NCBI GenBank assembly: GCA_963779415.1 | Contig: CAVZYA010000001.1 | Coordinates: 736,001-800,000, forward strand | Source of the DNA: an uncultured Acidobacteriota bacterium | GTDB lineage: Bacteria; Acidobacteriota; Thermoanaerobaculia; UBA5066 | Reading direction: 5' to 3' | DNA length: 64,000 nucleotides | Shown here: one piece after another, positions 11,441 through 21,950 of the stretch | Position numbering within the stretch: the stretch's first letter is position 1 | How the letters are laid out: each line of letters opens with the position of its first letter | Made by a program: the position numbers and the translations under genes | Notes under the pieces: model-generated | Seen by the model: only the letters and a program-made list of their open reading frames with translations | Database searches by the model: none | What the model was told of the DNA's origin: nothing

Positions 11441-13987
11441 GTGACCACGGACATCTCGAAGGTGACGCTTTCTCCGGACCGATGGAAGGACGTGGAGAGG
11501 ATCTTCAGGTTGGCGGTCGCTCTCCCCGAGGCGAAGCGAGACTCTTTCCTTGACGAAGCCTGTGGCGCAGATACGGATCTCCGGACAGAGGTCGAGACGC
11601 TCCTCTCCCGTGGTGAATCTGCCGGCAAGGTTTTCGAGAAGCCGCCGTCGGGAGGTTCCGAGCCACTTCTCGAGGGAACGATTCCGGCCGGGGCCGAAGC
11701 CGGCGCCTACGTCATCCTTCGCATCCTCGGACGAGGAGGGATGGGGGAGGTCTACGAGGCCCGGGACAGCCGTCTCGGCCGAACGGTCGCCCTCAAGTTC
11801 CTCCCAAGCCGGTTCGCCGACGATTCCGACTCGCTGGGGCGATTCGAGCGTGAGGCCCGCGCGGCCTCGTCCCTCAATCACCCGAACATCTGCACGATCC
11901 ACGACGTCGGGACCTACGGGAACCGCCCCTTCTTCGTCATGGAGCGGCTCGAAGGGAGATCGCTGAAGGACCGCATCGGGGAAGGAGCCGTGCCGGTCGA
12001 CGAGGTGATCGACGTCGGCATCCAGATCGCCGACGCCCTCGCCGCGGCTCACGCCAGGGGAATCGTCCATCGTGACATCAAGCCCGCGAACATCTTCGTC
12101 ACCGATCATGGCGAGGCGAAGGTGCTCGATTTCGGCCTCGCCAAGCTGACGGCCGATCGGCCCGACGCCCCGGCCGTCCCGACGACGTCGTCGGAATCGG
12201 CATCCGTCCGCGACGAGACGCTCACCACCCCCGGCACGACGATGGGGACCATCGCCTACATGTCGCCGGAGCAGGCGGGCGGAATGCCGGTGGACGCACG
12301 GACGGATCTCTTCTCTCTGGGCGTCGTCCTTTACGAGATGGCGACCGGGAGACGGCCCTTTCGGGGCGAGAGCGCCGACCACGTCCTGAAGACCATTTCG
12401 ACCGAGGCCCCGCCTCGGCCGACGGCCTTGCGTCCGGAAGTGCCACAGGCGCTCGAGCGCGTCATCCTCAAAGCCCTCGAAAAGGACCCTCTCCGCCGGT
12501 ATCCGTCGGCCGCGGAGCTCGTGAACGCGCTCTCCGACCTGCGGAAGGCCCGGACCCTCAAGACGCGCCGGTGGGTCATCGGAGGCCTCGGAACGGCGGC
12601 GGCGGCACTCGTGGCCGGCACCTATCTCGGACGGAGGCTCATCTGGTCGCCCGGGAAAGTCATGGTGGCCGTCCTGCCGCTCGAGGATCTCGGGAAGGAT
12701 CCCGAGCAGTCCTACTTCGCCGAGGGTCTCCTCGACGAGATGATCTCGGTGCTCGGACGTCTCTACCCGGACCGGCTCGGCGTCATCGGGAGCGCCTCCG
12801 TCCGCCAGTACCAGGGGCCGAAGAAGCGCATCGACGAGATCGGGCGGGACCTCCACGTGGCGTACGTGGTGGACGGCAGCGTCCGGCGGGAGGGAAACCG
12901 CGTCCGGATCTCCGCGAAACTGATCCGCGTCAAGGACCAGGTGCAGATCTGGGCCGAGACCTACGACCGGGATCTGGACCAGATTCTCACAATGCAATCC
13001 GAGGTGGCCCAGTCCGTCGCTCAGGGGATCGAGCGCACCCTGAAGCCCAGCCCGCAGGTCCGGCTGGCGCTGGCGCGGCCCGTCAACCCGAAGGCCTACG
13101 AGGCGCATCTGCGCGGCGAGGACGAGCAGGCAATCGCCATCGATCCGGACTACGCGCAGGCGTACGCGGGGCTGGCCCGGACTCTCTACTTCCAGGGCCT
13201 GTTCGGAGCCGGCGCGCCGCGCGAGCTCTTCGAGAAGGTCCGGCGTGCCTCCCAGAGGGCCACCGAGCTCGACCCGACGCTGGCGGATGCCTACGCCTCC
13301 CTCGCCCTCGCCAAGCTGCACACGCAGTGGAACTGGCGCGGGGCCGAGGCGGACTTCCAGCACGCCATCCGGCTCGACCCCAGCGACTCCCACGTGCGGC
13401 ACGACTATGCGCATTTCCTCCTCTGCATGAACCGGACGCGGGAATCGGCCGAGGAGTGCAGACAGGCGGTGGAGCACGACCCCTTCGATTCGATGGGCAT
13501 AGGCTGTTTCGGCTGGCATGAGCTTCTGGCGGGAAATTTCCAGAAAGCGGCCGAGGAGTCTCGTCGCGCCCTGGCTCTCGACGCCTCCAACGTCTGGGCA
13601 CTCGTCGTCATGGGATGGGCCTACGAGCAGCTCGGCCGGTATCCGGAGGCCCTCTCGGCGTTCAAGACGGGGAAGGGGCTCTCGAAGCTGCGAACGGCGG
13701 CTCTCGCCCATCTCTTCGCCAGTTCCGGAAACCGTCCCGGCGCCGAGGAGCTTCTTTCCGACCTGCTCGAAAAGTCGAAGAACCAGTACGTTTCGGCCTA
13801 TGACATCGCCGTCGTCCACGAAGGTCTGGGCGATGCCGATCGGGCTTTCGACTGGCTGAACAAGGCCTACGAGGAGGAATCCGGCTTCATGCCGTACCTG
13901 AACGTCGACCCCCGCTTCAAGCCGCTGCACGCCGACCGGCGCTACCAGGACCTCCTTCGCCGCATGGGTCTGACACAATCGGCGTAG
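11441..13987 (+). CDS. Ser/Thr protein kinase with TolB-like and TPR regions
   Basis: GRGGMGEVY, VALK, HRDIKPAN, DFGLAK, YMSPEQ; VAVLP..FAEG; TPR-like helices. Confidence 0.93.
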   Translation: MTTDISKVTLSPDRWKDVERIFRLAVALPEAKRDSFLDEACGADTDLRTEVETLLSRGESAGKVFEKPPSGGSEPLLEGTIPAGAEAGAYVILRILGRGGMGEVYEARDSRLGRTVALKFLPSRFADDSDSLGRFEREARAASSLNHPNICTIHDVGTYGNRPFFVMERLEGRSLKDRIGEGAVPVDEVIDVGIQIADALAAAHARGIVHRDIKPANIFVTDHGEAKVLDFGLAKLTADRPDAPAVPTTSSESASVRDETLTTPGTTMGTIAYMSPEQAGGMPVDARTDLFSLGVVLYEMATGRRPFRGESADHVLKTISTEAPPRPTALRPEVPQALERVILKALEKDPLRRYPSAAELVNALSDLRKARTLKTRRWVIGGLGTAAAALVAGTYLGRRLIWSPGKVMVAVLPLEDLGKDPEQSYFAEGLLDEMISVLGRLYPDRLGVIGSASVRQYQGPKKRIDEIGRDLHVAYVVDGSVRREGNRVRISAKLIRVKDQVQIWAETYDRDLDQILTMQSEVAQSVAQGIERTLKPSPQVRLALARPVNPKAYEAHLRGEDEQAIAIDPDYAQAYAGLARTLYFQGLFGAGAPRELFEKVRRASQRATELDPTLADAYASLALAKLHTQWNWRGAEADFQHAIRLDPSDSHVRHDYAHFLLCMNRTRESAEECRQAVEHDPFDSMGIGCFGWHELLAGNFQKAAEESRRALALDASNVWALVVMGWAYEQLGRYPEALSAFKTGKGLSKLRTAALAHLFASSGNRPGAEELLSDLLEKSKNQYVSAYDIAVVHEGLGDADRAFDWLNKAYEEESGFMPYLNVDPRFKPLHADRRYQDLLRRMGLTQSA

Positions 13988-13990
13988 TCG

Positions 13991-14289
13991 ATGCACTACC
14001 TTCTCTTCTACGAGACATCCACGGACTACCTCGAGCGGCGGGGTGAATTCCGCGCGGAGCATCTCGCCCTCGCCTGGCAGGCCGTCGACCGCGGCGAGAT
14101 GGTCCTCGGGGGCGCGCTCGCCGATCCCGTCGACGGTGCCATCCTGCTCTTTCAGGGGGACTCGCCCGAGGTTGCCGAGCGTTTCGTCCGTCGGATCCGT
14201 ACGTGAAACACGGCCTCGTGAAGAAGTGGCGCGTCCGTCCCTGGACCACGGTGGTCGGCCCCGGCGCCACGAATCCCGTGAGGCCGTGA
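13991..14289 (+). CDS. YciI-like protein, one frameshift near 14190
   Basis: HYLLFY, RAEHL, LGGALADP; continues in another frame as DPYVKHGLVKKWRVRPWTTVVG. Confidence 0.8.
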
Positions 14290-14373
14290 TGCACGGTACG
14301 GAATCGCCGCCGCCCTTCTCCTCCACGCGGAGCCGGTACGGCGGTTCGTATCGGGATGCCGGCCAGGACGTCG

Positions 14374-15158
14374 GCCTAACGCGGACGGCACTAGGCAGAA
14401 ACTTCGTCGGCCTATTTCGAAACCTCATCGAGCCGGGAAATTCCTCTAAGAGGATGCACGAGAACGACGTGCCATCCGAATCAGACGACTTCGGCCCGCA
14501 GACAGGCCGATCGAACTTCCGCCTAAGCAGCCTCGCAAACGTCCGCCTACTTGTAGTTAGACGTACGAAGAAGACGCGATGCCTCGTAATCCCCTCCCGC
14601 CTCTTAGCCGACGCTGGCTCATCGTGGCCGCTCTCGGCACAGTCACGTCCTACCTCGTCGTCACCGTCGTAGGGAGCATCCTCACCCTCCTTCTCTATCC
14701 AGCGGTGCAGGGGATGTTGCAGTCGCCCAATGCGACAGTTCCGTTCATGGCCTTGATCGTGAACGGCTCCACGGTCGCAATCGCCCTCTGGTTCTTGGTG
14801 CTCGCCTCAGCGCGGGCCGAAGCGCCGTCGTCCTCTTCACTCGACGCGCTTCTCGCCCGAAACGTAGAGGTCCTGTCCGTAGCGAGCTTCGTTACTGTAG
14901 TCGCGTTCCTTCAGGTTGTCATCGGCCTCCTGACACACAGCTTTCACACCTTCCTTCTCCTGCCCTTCTCACACGCAACGCAGGTCGACATCTTTTCAAC
15001 CATTGCCACAGTCGCGCTCGGCATTGCCCTTCCGGCCATTCTGCTCGCTGGTCTGCTCACGCTGTCGGCTAGGTGGCAGGCGTCTCGGGGCTAGGCATAC
15101 GGGCGCCGCCAGACACCGAACCGGCGAAGCGTACCTCTAACAACGCGCTGCAGCGGAC
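14374..15158 (+). mobile_element. Possible degenerate integron gene cassette (attC-like ends)
   Basis: GCCTAAC (14374) and GTTAGAC core site (14556) enclose an imperfect hairpin; CTCTAACAACGCGCTGCAGCGGAC (15135-15158) after the ORF resembles an attC left arm; no integrase in the window. Confidence 0.4.
14579..15094 (+). CDS. Hypothetical 4-TM membrane protein with atypical codon usage
   Basis: 171-aa ORF with four hydrophobic segments and more A/T-ending codons than its neighbours. Confidence 0.6.
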   Translation: MPRNPLPPLSRRWLIVAALGTVTSYLVVTVVGSILTLLLYPAVQGMLQSPNATVPFMALIVNGSTVAIALWFLVLASARAEAPSSSSLDALLARNVEVLSVASFVTVVAFLQVVIGLLTHSFHTFLLLPFSHATQVDIFSTIATVALGIALPAILLAGLLTLSARWQASRG

Positions 15159-15387
15159 TTCCATGAGAAGGCCGGTCGAAGTCAAGAGGGCTTGGGTCTT
15201 TTGGTCGTCGTCCGGAGTGAGCGAGTTCGTCGCCAGGCTTCCATTCGCACTCGTGTGGGCTTGGTCTTCTGAGCCCGGTGCATGAGGGGGTCCTTCCCGG
15301 GCGGGCGCTGCAATCTCGCTGTCGGTTTACCGTGGCCGGCGTTGGCCGGTTGGGTCCGGAGTCCGCTACGCAGTCGCCCGGACGGGG

Positions 15388-15419
15388 CGCAATAGTGGGG
15401 TCACGCAATAGTGGGGTCA
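15388..15419 (+). repeat. Tandem 16-bp direct repeat CGCAATAGTGGGGTCA x2
   Basis: Directly visible; contains the GGGGTCA(G) motif that recurs in other intergenic regions. Confidence 0.7.
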
Positions 15420-15554
15420 GGCACCAAATTTCCATTATAGAAATTGAGGTTGGGCCGGGACTCCGGGGCCGGCGCGGACGATCCGGAGGAGCGCGGGGAA
15501 ACGCGATATCGTCAGGCGGGCCGAGAGGACGCGTCCTTCGCCCGGAGGATTCAG

Positions 15555-16016
15555 ATGCCGGAGATCCTCGACCGCCTCGTTCGCTTCAGCACCTTCATAC
15601 GCGCGACGCCGGACCGCGTCTTCGACGCCCTGGCGACGGCGGAGGGCCTCGACAAGTGGTTCACGTCGGGCTGCACGCTCGAGCCTCGGGCGGGCGGAAT
15701 CCTCGTCTTCCGGTGGAAGGACCACGGTCTCGACGGGTTCACCGGCGAATACCAGGGGTCGGTCGTCGAGTGGCAGCGCCCGACCCGCTTCGCCTTCCAG
15801 TGGCCGGTCGATCTGGGCAACTACCGGACGACCGTCACCGTCTCTTTTCGAGAAGAGTCGATACCTCATCTCGGGACCGGCACGGTCGTCAGCCTCGAGG
15901 AAGGCGTCTACGAAGACTCGGTTCAGGGACTTCAGGACATGTTCCGGCGGACGGCGGGATGGGCGGAGGTCCTGACGCTTCTCAAGCTCTGGGTCGAGCA
16001 CGGCGCGCGGTACTGA
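15555..16016 (+). CDS. SRPBCC/AHSA1-like protein
   Basis: IRATPDRVFDAL...LDKWF, C-terminal GW...L..LK..VE; RBS GGAGG. Confidence 0.8.
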   Translation: MPEILDRLVRFSTFIRATPDRVFDALATAEGLDKWFTSGCTLEPRAGGILVFRWKDHGLDGFTGEYQGSVVEWQRPTRFAFQWPVDLGNYRTTVTVSFREESIPHLGTGTVVSLEEGVYEDSVQGLQDMFRRTAGWAEVLTLLKLWVEHGARY

Positions 16017-17250
16017 CGGAAGGTTCGACCTCTTCAGAGACCCACATCCGGATCTGGTCGTAGACCTCGCGGCTGCCGAGAAGGTCGAGGTGCTTCAACC
16101 CGTAGAAAACGCGCTTGCGAGCCTTGGGAATCGGCAGATTCAGGGCCTCCTCGCGATGCTGGCCGAGCGCGCTCGTGACCGGCACGAGGCCGTCTCCCGC
16201 CAGTCGCTTCCTCTTCCCGCCGGGATCCGGTCTCTGGCTGGCCGCGATCGCATAGCACTTCACCCGGGGAGGCAGGGGGACGAACCGTCTCGGGTCGTGC
16301 GCATGCAGGCCGCGCCGCTTCATCCAGTCCTCGTCCAGCACGCTGCCGAACCGAAGATCCCTGATTCCGTCGCTCCGGATCGTCCCCAGGTTTGCCAGTG
16401 GCGCCGTATACGGGCTTACTTCCAGGAGGACCTCCGTCCAGTGCCCCGCCCGCTCGAACGGCGAGCCGTGGTGCGGCGTGCCGAGGAAGATCATCTTTTT
16501 CAGGCGGCGCACCCACTCGTGCCCCGCGAGCTTCCCGTAGTGGCAGGCGCTGCGCGCCACGAGACCCCCCATGCTGTGGGCGACGATGACCAGCTCGTCC
16601 ACCGGCTCCGGCCACTCACGAACCAGGCTCTCCATCAGCTCGGAGCATTCGCGCCCATTCGTGGAGACGTGCCGGCCGCTGTTGTAACGGAGATAGACCG
16701 GCGTGTAGCCCAGATCGCCGGCCAGCGAAGCACCGTGGTCGTGTCCCTCGCGCTGCCATCCCCGATCGTTCCAGCAGAGCCCATGCATCAGGACGACGAT
16801 CTTGCGGCCCGGCGCGGCGATCGTGGACTCGAGCGCCCGCCGGTCCAGCCGCAGGGTCTGCCCGTCCAGCCGAAAGCTCATCGCGATAGCCAGAGGGTTT
16901 TCGGTCGCGGCCAGGTGGTCTCCGACGACGCCGTTCAACGCGGCCAGAAGCGCGTCACGCCGCGGCGACGAGGGGGCCTCGTCGTCCCGCTGCGCGACCG
17001 GCGCGAACGCGGTCTCGAGTCCGAAGCCCACAAGGCGCGTGATCCCGTGAATGCTCCGGTAGACGAGGCCGGGAATCCCGCCGAGCGGCTTCGGGCGCCT
17101 TTCGCCCACGATCGGCGAGAGGCGGAGGATGTTGCCGTGCATGTTCTCGACGATTTCCGCGACTCCCGTCACGGCGGTGACGGCCAGCCGGCCGACACCG
17201 CGTGCGTCGGATGCGTGTCCGGAGATCGATCGCCGGTGACGGCCGCTCAC
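15982..17250 (-). CDS. Alpha/beta hydrolase, PGAP1/lipase-like; start approximate
   Basis: LMHGLC, RYNSG, AHSMGG nucleophile elbow, LGTPHHGS, GDGLVP, HLDLL. Confidence 0.85.
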   Translation of the reverse strand: MSGRHRRSISGHASDARGVGRLAVTAVTGVAEIVENMHGNILRLSPIVGERRPKPLGGIPGLVYRSIHGITRLVGFGLETAFAPVAQRDDEAPSSPRRDALLAALNGVVGDHLAATENPLAIAMSFRLDGQTLRLDRRALESTIAAPGRKIVVLMHGLCWNDRGWQREGHDHGASLAGDLGYTPVYLRYNSGRHVSTNGRECSELMESLVREWPEPVDELVIVAHSMGGLVARSACHYGKLAGHEWVRRLKKMIFLGTPHHGSPFERAGHWTEVLLEVSPYTAPLANLGTIRSDGIRDLRFGSVLDEDWMKRRGLHAHDPRRFVPLPPRVKCYAIAASQRPDPGGKRKRLAGDGLVPVTSALGQHREEALNLPIPKARKRVFYGLKHLDLLGSREVYDQIRMWVSEEVEPSVSTARRARPRA

Positions 17251-17338
17251 TCTGGAGACGGACCATATCAGCCTCGCCACGTCGATATCCAATGGCCACG
17301 CACCGCGAACCGGGAGAGAATTCGCGGCGGGGGGATTC

Positions 17339-18223
17339 ATGAGAACCGCTCTCGCCAGCCTCGTCCTGCTCGTGTCCACGTCTCTCGCCCAGGCGGCCGA
17401 CATGCTCGTCACGCCCGCCTGGCTGCTCGAGCACAAGGGGGACACGAACCTCGTCCTCCTGCACGTCGGGGTGAAGGCCGAATTCGAGGCCGGCCACCTT
17501 CCGGGCGCTCAGCTCGTCAATCCGCAAGACCTTTCGATCCCGCGGGCTGAAGGCGCCCTCATCCTGCAGCTCCTTCCTCCGGAGGCCCTCCGCGCGAAGC
17601 TCGAGAGCCTCGGCATCGGCGACGACTCGCGCGTCGTGATCTACTTCGGCAAGGACTGGGTCTCCCCCGCCACCCGCGTCTACTTCAGCCTCGACGCCGC
17701 GGGACTCGGAGACCGAACGTCGCTCCTCGACGGCGGCATGCCAGCCTGGAAGAAGGCGGGCGGCCCGGTGACAGTCGAAGCTTCGCCCCCCCGCCCGGCC
17801 GGAAAGATCTCCGCGGCTCCGCGGCGCGAACTGGTGGCCGAGCTCGACATGGTCAAGACCAGCCTCGGCAAGGCAGGAGTCGTCATCGTCGACTCGCGGA
17901 ACACCGAGTTCTTCGACGGCAGCAGCGCGGGTTCCATGCCCCGCGCCGGCCGGATCCCCGGCGCCAGGAGCCTGCCGTTCGACACCCTCGTCACCGACGA
18001 CAACCTGATGAAGAGCGATGCCAGGACGGCCGAGCTCTTCAAGGCGATCGGGATCAAGCCCGGTGACATCGTCATTAGCTACTGCCACGTCGGCCAGCAG
18101 GCCACCCTCGTCTACTTCGCGGCCAAGCGGCTCGGATACGTCGCCCGGATGTACGACGGCTCGTGGGACGAGTGGAGCCGGAAGAGCGACCTGCCGGTTG
18201 AAAAAGGTCCTGCGGGAAAGTAA
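17339..18223 (+). CDS. Exported two-domain rhodanese/sulfurtransferase
   Basis: Signal peptide; GHLPGA, LLDGGM..W, GRIPGA, active loop YCHVGQQA, YDGSWDEW. Confidence 0.9.
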   Translation: MRTALASLVLLVSTSLAQAADMLVTPAWLLEHKGDTNLVLLHVGVKAEFEAGHLPGAQLVNPQDLSIPRAEGALILQLLPPEALRAKLESLGIGDDSRVVIYFGKDWVSPATRVYFSLDAAGLGDRTSLLDGGMPAWKKAGGPVTVEASPPRPAGKISAAPRRELVAELDMVKTSLGKAGVVIVDSRNTEFFDGSSAGSMPRAGRIPGARSLPFDTLVTDDNLMKSDARTAELFKAIGIKPGDIVISYCHVGQQATLVYFAAKRLGYVARMYDGSWDEWSRKSDLPVEKGPAGK

Positions 18224-18244
18224 CGGAGAGCGGCGAGACGCCGC

Positions 18245-20927
18245 TTATTCCTTCACCGGCTTGACCTCGATCGTGGGTTTCGGCTCGTACCGCTTCAGGA
18301 AGTCGTCGAAGCTCTTCTGCTGGGCGGCCTTGAAAGCCGTCCGCAGCTGGATCACTTCCAGCGCCTGCGCCAGCATCCGCGGGCCACCCGCGTACTTCGG
18401 GGCCTTCTCCCTGAAGAAGGCTTCGGCCTCACCGCGGTGCGCCTCATCGCTGAAGTTGGTGGCGAGCCACGGAAAGTCCGCGGGCGCATCTCGCGGCAGC
18501 CGCTCGGCCAGCCGGTCGAAGTTCGCCACGAGAAACGCCCACGCCTGGGAAAACGTCTCGCGGCCGAACCCCTCCGCCCAGAGGATGTCGATCGACTCCC
18601 GCGCGTCGAAGTCGGTCGAAAGCGTCAAGGCGAGCGCCGCGGAGACGACGGACGGGGCGCGGAATTGTCCGAGGGCGTCGAGAAGGATCCTCCTCTCCCG
18701 GCGGTCCGAGGCCTTTTTCGCCTCCGCCACGTACGCCTGGAACAACGCCATGTCCCCATTTCGTGCGGCGACGCCCAGGACGCCGGAAACCATCAGCGGG
18801 TCGACGGCGCTCCGGTCCTTCAGCCAGGCCTTCACCAGGCGCATGGCCTCCGCCACGAGAGCCGGGTCGTCTCCCTCGTCCGCCACGAATGGCACGAGCC
18901 GTCGTCGCAGGAGCTGCGTGTCGTCGTCCTCCCCGGCCTTTCGCGTCCAGCCCAACGTCCGTGCCCGTGTGCCGAAGACGTCGCTCACGAACCGCCGGTA
19001 CGACGGCCTCGCCGCCTCCGAAACGAGGAGGTCGCCCGGCCTCTCGACAATTCCCTGCACGATCTCGACGACGGGACGGGACGGGTCGCTCGCGAAGACG
19101 GGGACGAGCGCGAGAGCCGTCGCGATGGACAGGTCTCCACTGCGAACGAGGTTGGCCACGTCCGAAAGCGTCGAGACGCGCTCGTCGGCCGTCAGGTGCT
19201 TCCCGCCGCCCTCGAGGAGCTTTTCCAGGAGGTCCCCCCTGTAGAGGACCCGGTAGTACCCGTTCCCGGCATTCGCCTGGACGCGGGCCGGGCACGCTCC
19301 CGCGAGCTCGAGCGCGCCGGACGCCTCCGTCAGAAGCGTGCATGTCGTCGCGGCGCCGGGATCACCCGTCCGAGCGCAGACCGGGACCTGCCATGTCTCC
19401 CGCGTCGAACCCGGGGAGCCCGTCGGCAGGTAGCGCTTCTGGGAAAGAGCCAGCTTCGGCGCGCCGCTTCCACAGACGAGGTCGGCCGTCACGAGCGGAA
19501 CGCCCGGCTGGTCGAGGAACGACCGGAACGCCGGGACGACGGCGGGAGTCTTCGTCGCCTCCGCGACCGACGCGACGAAGTCGTCCGCGGTCGCGCTCCC
19601 CCATGCGTGGGAGATCAGGTAGTGCCGGACTCCCTTCCGGAAGCCCTCCTCGCCGACCCATGCCTCGAACATCCCGATGACGGCACCGCCCTTCTGGTAC
19701 GTGATCGTGTCGAAGGCATTCGCAATGTCGTCGTTCCCCGCGATCGGCTGGCGGATTCGCCGCGCCGTCGCGAGCGAGTCCGCCGACATCGCATACGATC
19801 CGGTCGACGGCGCGCTCGGCCGCCTCGTTCCACTCGGGTCTCCAGCGGGCCAGAGTCTTCGAGGCCATCCACGTCGCGAACGCCTCGTTCAGCCAGATGT
19901 CGTCCCACCACGCCGTCGTCACGTAATCCCCGAACCACATGTGGGCCGTCTCGTGCGCGCAGACGCTCGCGTACGCCCGGCGGAAGGCGATCGTCTCGTC
20001 GGCGCTCTTCGCGAGGATCAGGTTCGATGAGTACGTCACGAGCCCCGGGTGCTCCATCGCGCCCCCTCCCTTCGGGACGGCGAGGTGGTCGAGCTTCTCG
20101 TACGGGTACGGGATGTCGAAGTACGCCTCCAGCTGATCGAGAAGCGGCCCCGTCGACTCCACGGCCCAGCGCGCGTCGGCGGCGCGCCTTTTCGGGACGA
20201 TCATCCGGATCGGGGTCTTGTTCCGGCCCGCGGTTCCGGCGTTCACGACGTCGAACGGCCCCACGCCGAACGCCACGAGATAGCTCGGGAGCGGCTTCGT
20301 CGGAGCGAAGACGAACGTCCGTCCGCCGTCCTCTCCGGGGGCCTCGGACACGACCGCAGTGTTCGAGACGGCGATCGCCCCCTTCGGCACATGGATCGTC
20401 AGCTGCCAGGGGGTCTTGAAGGCCGGCTCGTCGAAGCACGGGAACGCGCGGCGCGCGTCGATCGCCTCGAACTGGGTGAAGACGTACCAGTCGCTCCCCT
20501 CTTTTTCCCGGAAGACCGCCTCGGCGCCCTTGCTCTCGATCCGTCCCTCGTACGTCAGCGACACGTCGTATTCGCCGGGGGGGAGTTTCTTCTCGAACTG
20601 AAGGCGGATGAACTCCTTCCCCTCGGCCGACGCTTCCGCCTTGATCGCCCCCTTCGGGCCGCCCGCCGCGACGGCGGACGCCGCCTCGACCGTCAGCTCC
20701 TTCCCGTTCAGCCAGAGCGTGCCGGATTCCTCCTTCAGAGAGACGCGGATCTCCACCTTGCCCCGGAACGTCTCCCTGGCCGGGTCGATCCACAGCTCCA
20801 CGCCGTACCGGGTCGGAGCGGCGCCGGAGGGAAGCCGGAGCGTGGGTGGGGCCGGCGCGTCGGCCAGAGTCAGCGATGCAGGAAGCGCGAGGACGAGCGC
20901 TGCAAGCCGGATCGCCGATCTCTTCAT
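18245..20927 (-). CDS. Secreted M1 family aminopeptidase, one frameshift near 19790
   Basis: TQFE...ARRAFPCFDEP, GAMEH, HETAH-x18-E (WLNEAFA), FD.ITY.KG; signal peptide. Confidence 0.92.
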
Positions 20928-21078
20928 GCCCCGTCTCCTCTCCCTGTCATCTCTTGTTTGCACGATATCAGTCTGACTCCGGGCGTGCCGATCAGAACCG
21001 GCTCCCCTCGCCTTCTCCTGCCCTAGAATCGCGGCAGAAATTCCGTCCCGGAAATTCGCCTCGCAATGGAGGGAGATC

Positions 21079-21309
21079 ATGCCGAAGGCATCCGCGTCGG
21101 TCCGCCCCCGCACTCAGCGCACCAGCCGCCTTTCGCGCGACCTGATCGTCGACCTCGCCACCGCCCGCGCCGCCCTCCGAAACGCGCAGGCCCTGGCCCG
21201 CAAGCTGAAGAAAGCCGGAGCGGGTGAGGCCGCCTCGCAGCTCGCCGGCGAGCTGATCGCCCACCTCGAGACGGCTGCGAAGGCGCTCTCTCGGACAGGC
21301 CGCTCTTAG
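21079..21309 (+). CDS. Hypothetical small basic helical protein
   Basis: RBS GGAGGGAG; host-like codon usage. Confidence 0.55.
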   Translation: MPKASASVRPRTQRTSRLSRDLIVDLATARAALRNAQALARKLKKAGAGEAASQLAGELIAHLETAAKALSRTGRS

Positions 21310-21348
21310 CCCTCGTCGCGCAAGGCCTTCGCGCGAAGTCCCGTTCTC

Positions 21349-21357
21349 TGCTATACT
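21349..21357 (+). promoter_or_regulatory. Extended -10 element for the RNA-binding protein gene
   Basis: TGcTATACT about 135 bp upstream of the ATG; -35 weak. Confidence 0.45.
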
Positions 21358-21490
21358 TTCTCCGTTCGACTTCTTCTAGCTGACGGAGCGGACCAGGAAC
21401 CGAAAGGTCCCCGTCGACCTTCCCCCCGTACCTTCCCACCCTCTCCCACACTGCTCTCGTCCCTCGGGCGAGCGTTTAACGAAGGAACCC

Positions 21491-21781
<291 letters not shown>

Positions 21782-21831
21782 CTCGCAAGCCGGCCGGAGA
21801 CGGCCGGCACCATTACGGAAGTCATCTTCCG

Positions 21832-21861
21832 GGGCCGGGTTCACCCCCGGCCCTTTTCTTT
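21832..21861 (+). terminator. Rho-independent terminator
   Basis: GGGCCGGG-ttcacc-CCCGGCCC followed by TTTTCTTT. Confidence 0.8.
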
Positions 21862-21950
21862 TCTCGCTTCTCGTCGGACTTCTGGCGCCGGAAAGGACGG
21901 CCACCGTCCGAAGGGGGCGTGGCGAGAGAGCGGTCTCCTCCGGAGCGCCC

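Noticed and set aside
11231-14428. Very long antisense ORFs (also 48107-51496, 57343-60186, 55059-57443, 25322-28093)
   Set aside because: Shadow ORFs expected in high-GC DNA opposite well-supported genes; no recognisable motifs
15388-15419. CRISPR array
   Set aside because: Only two adjacent 16-bp copies, no spacers, no cas genes
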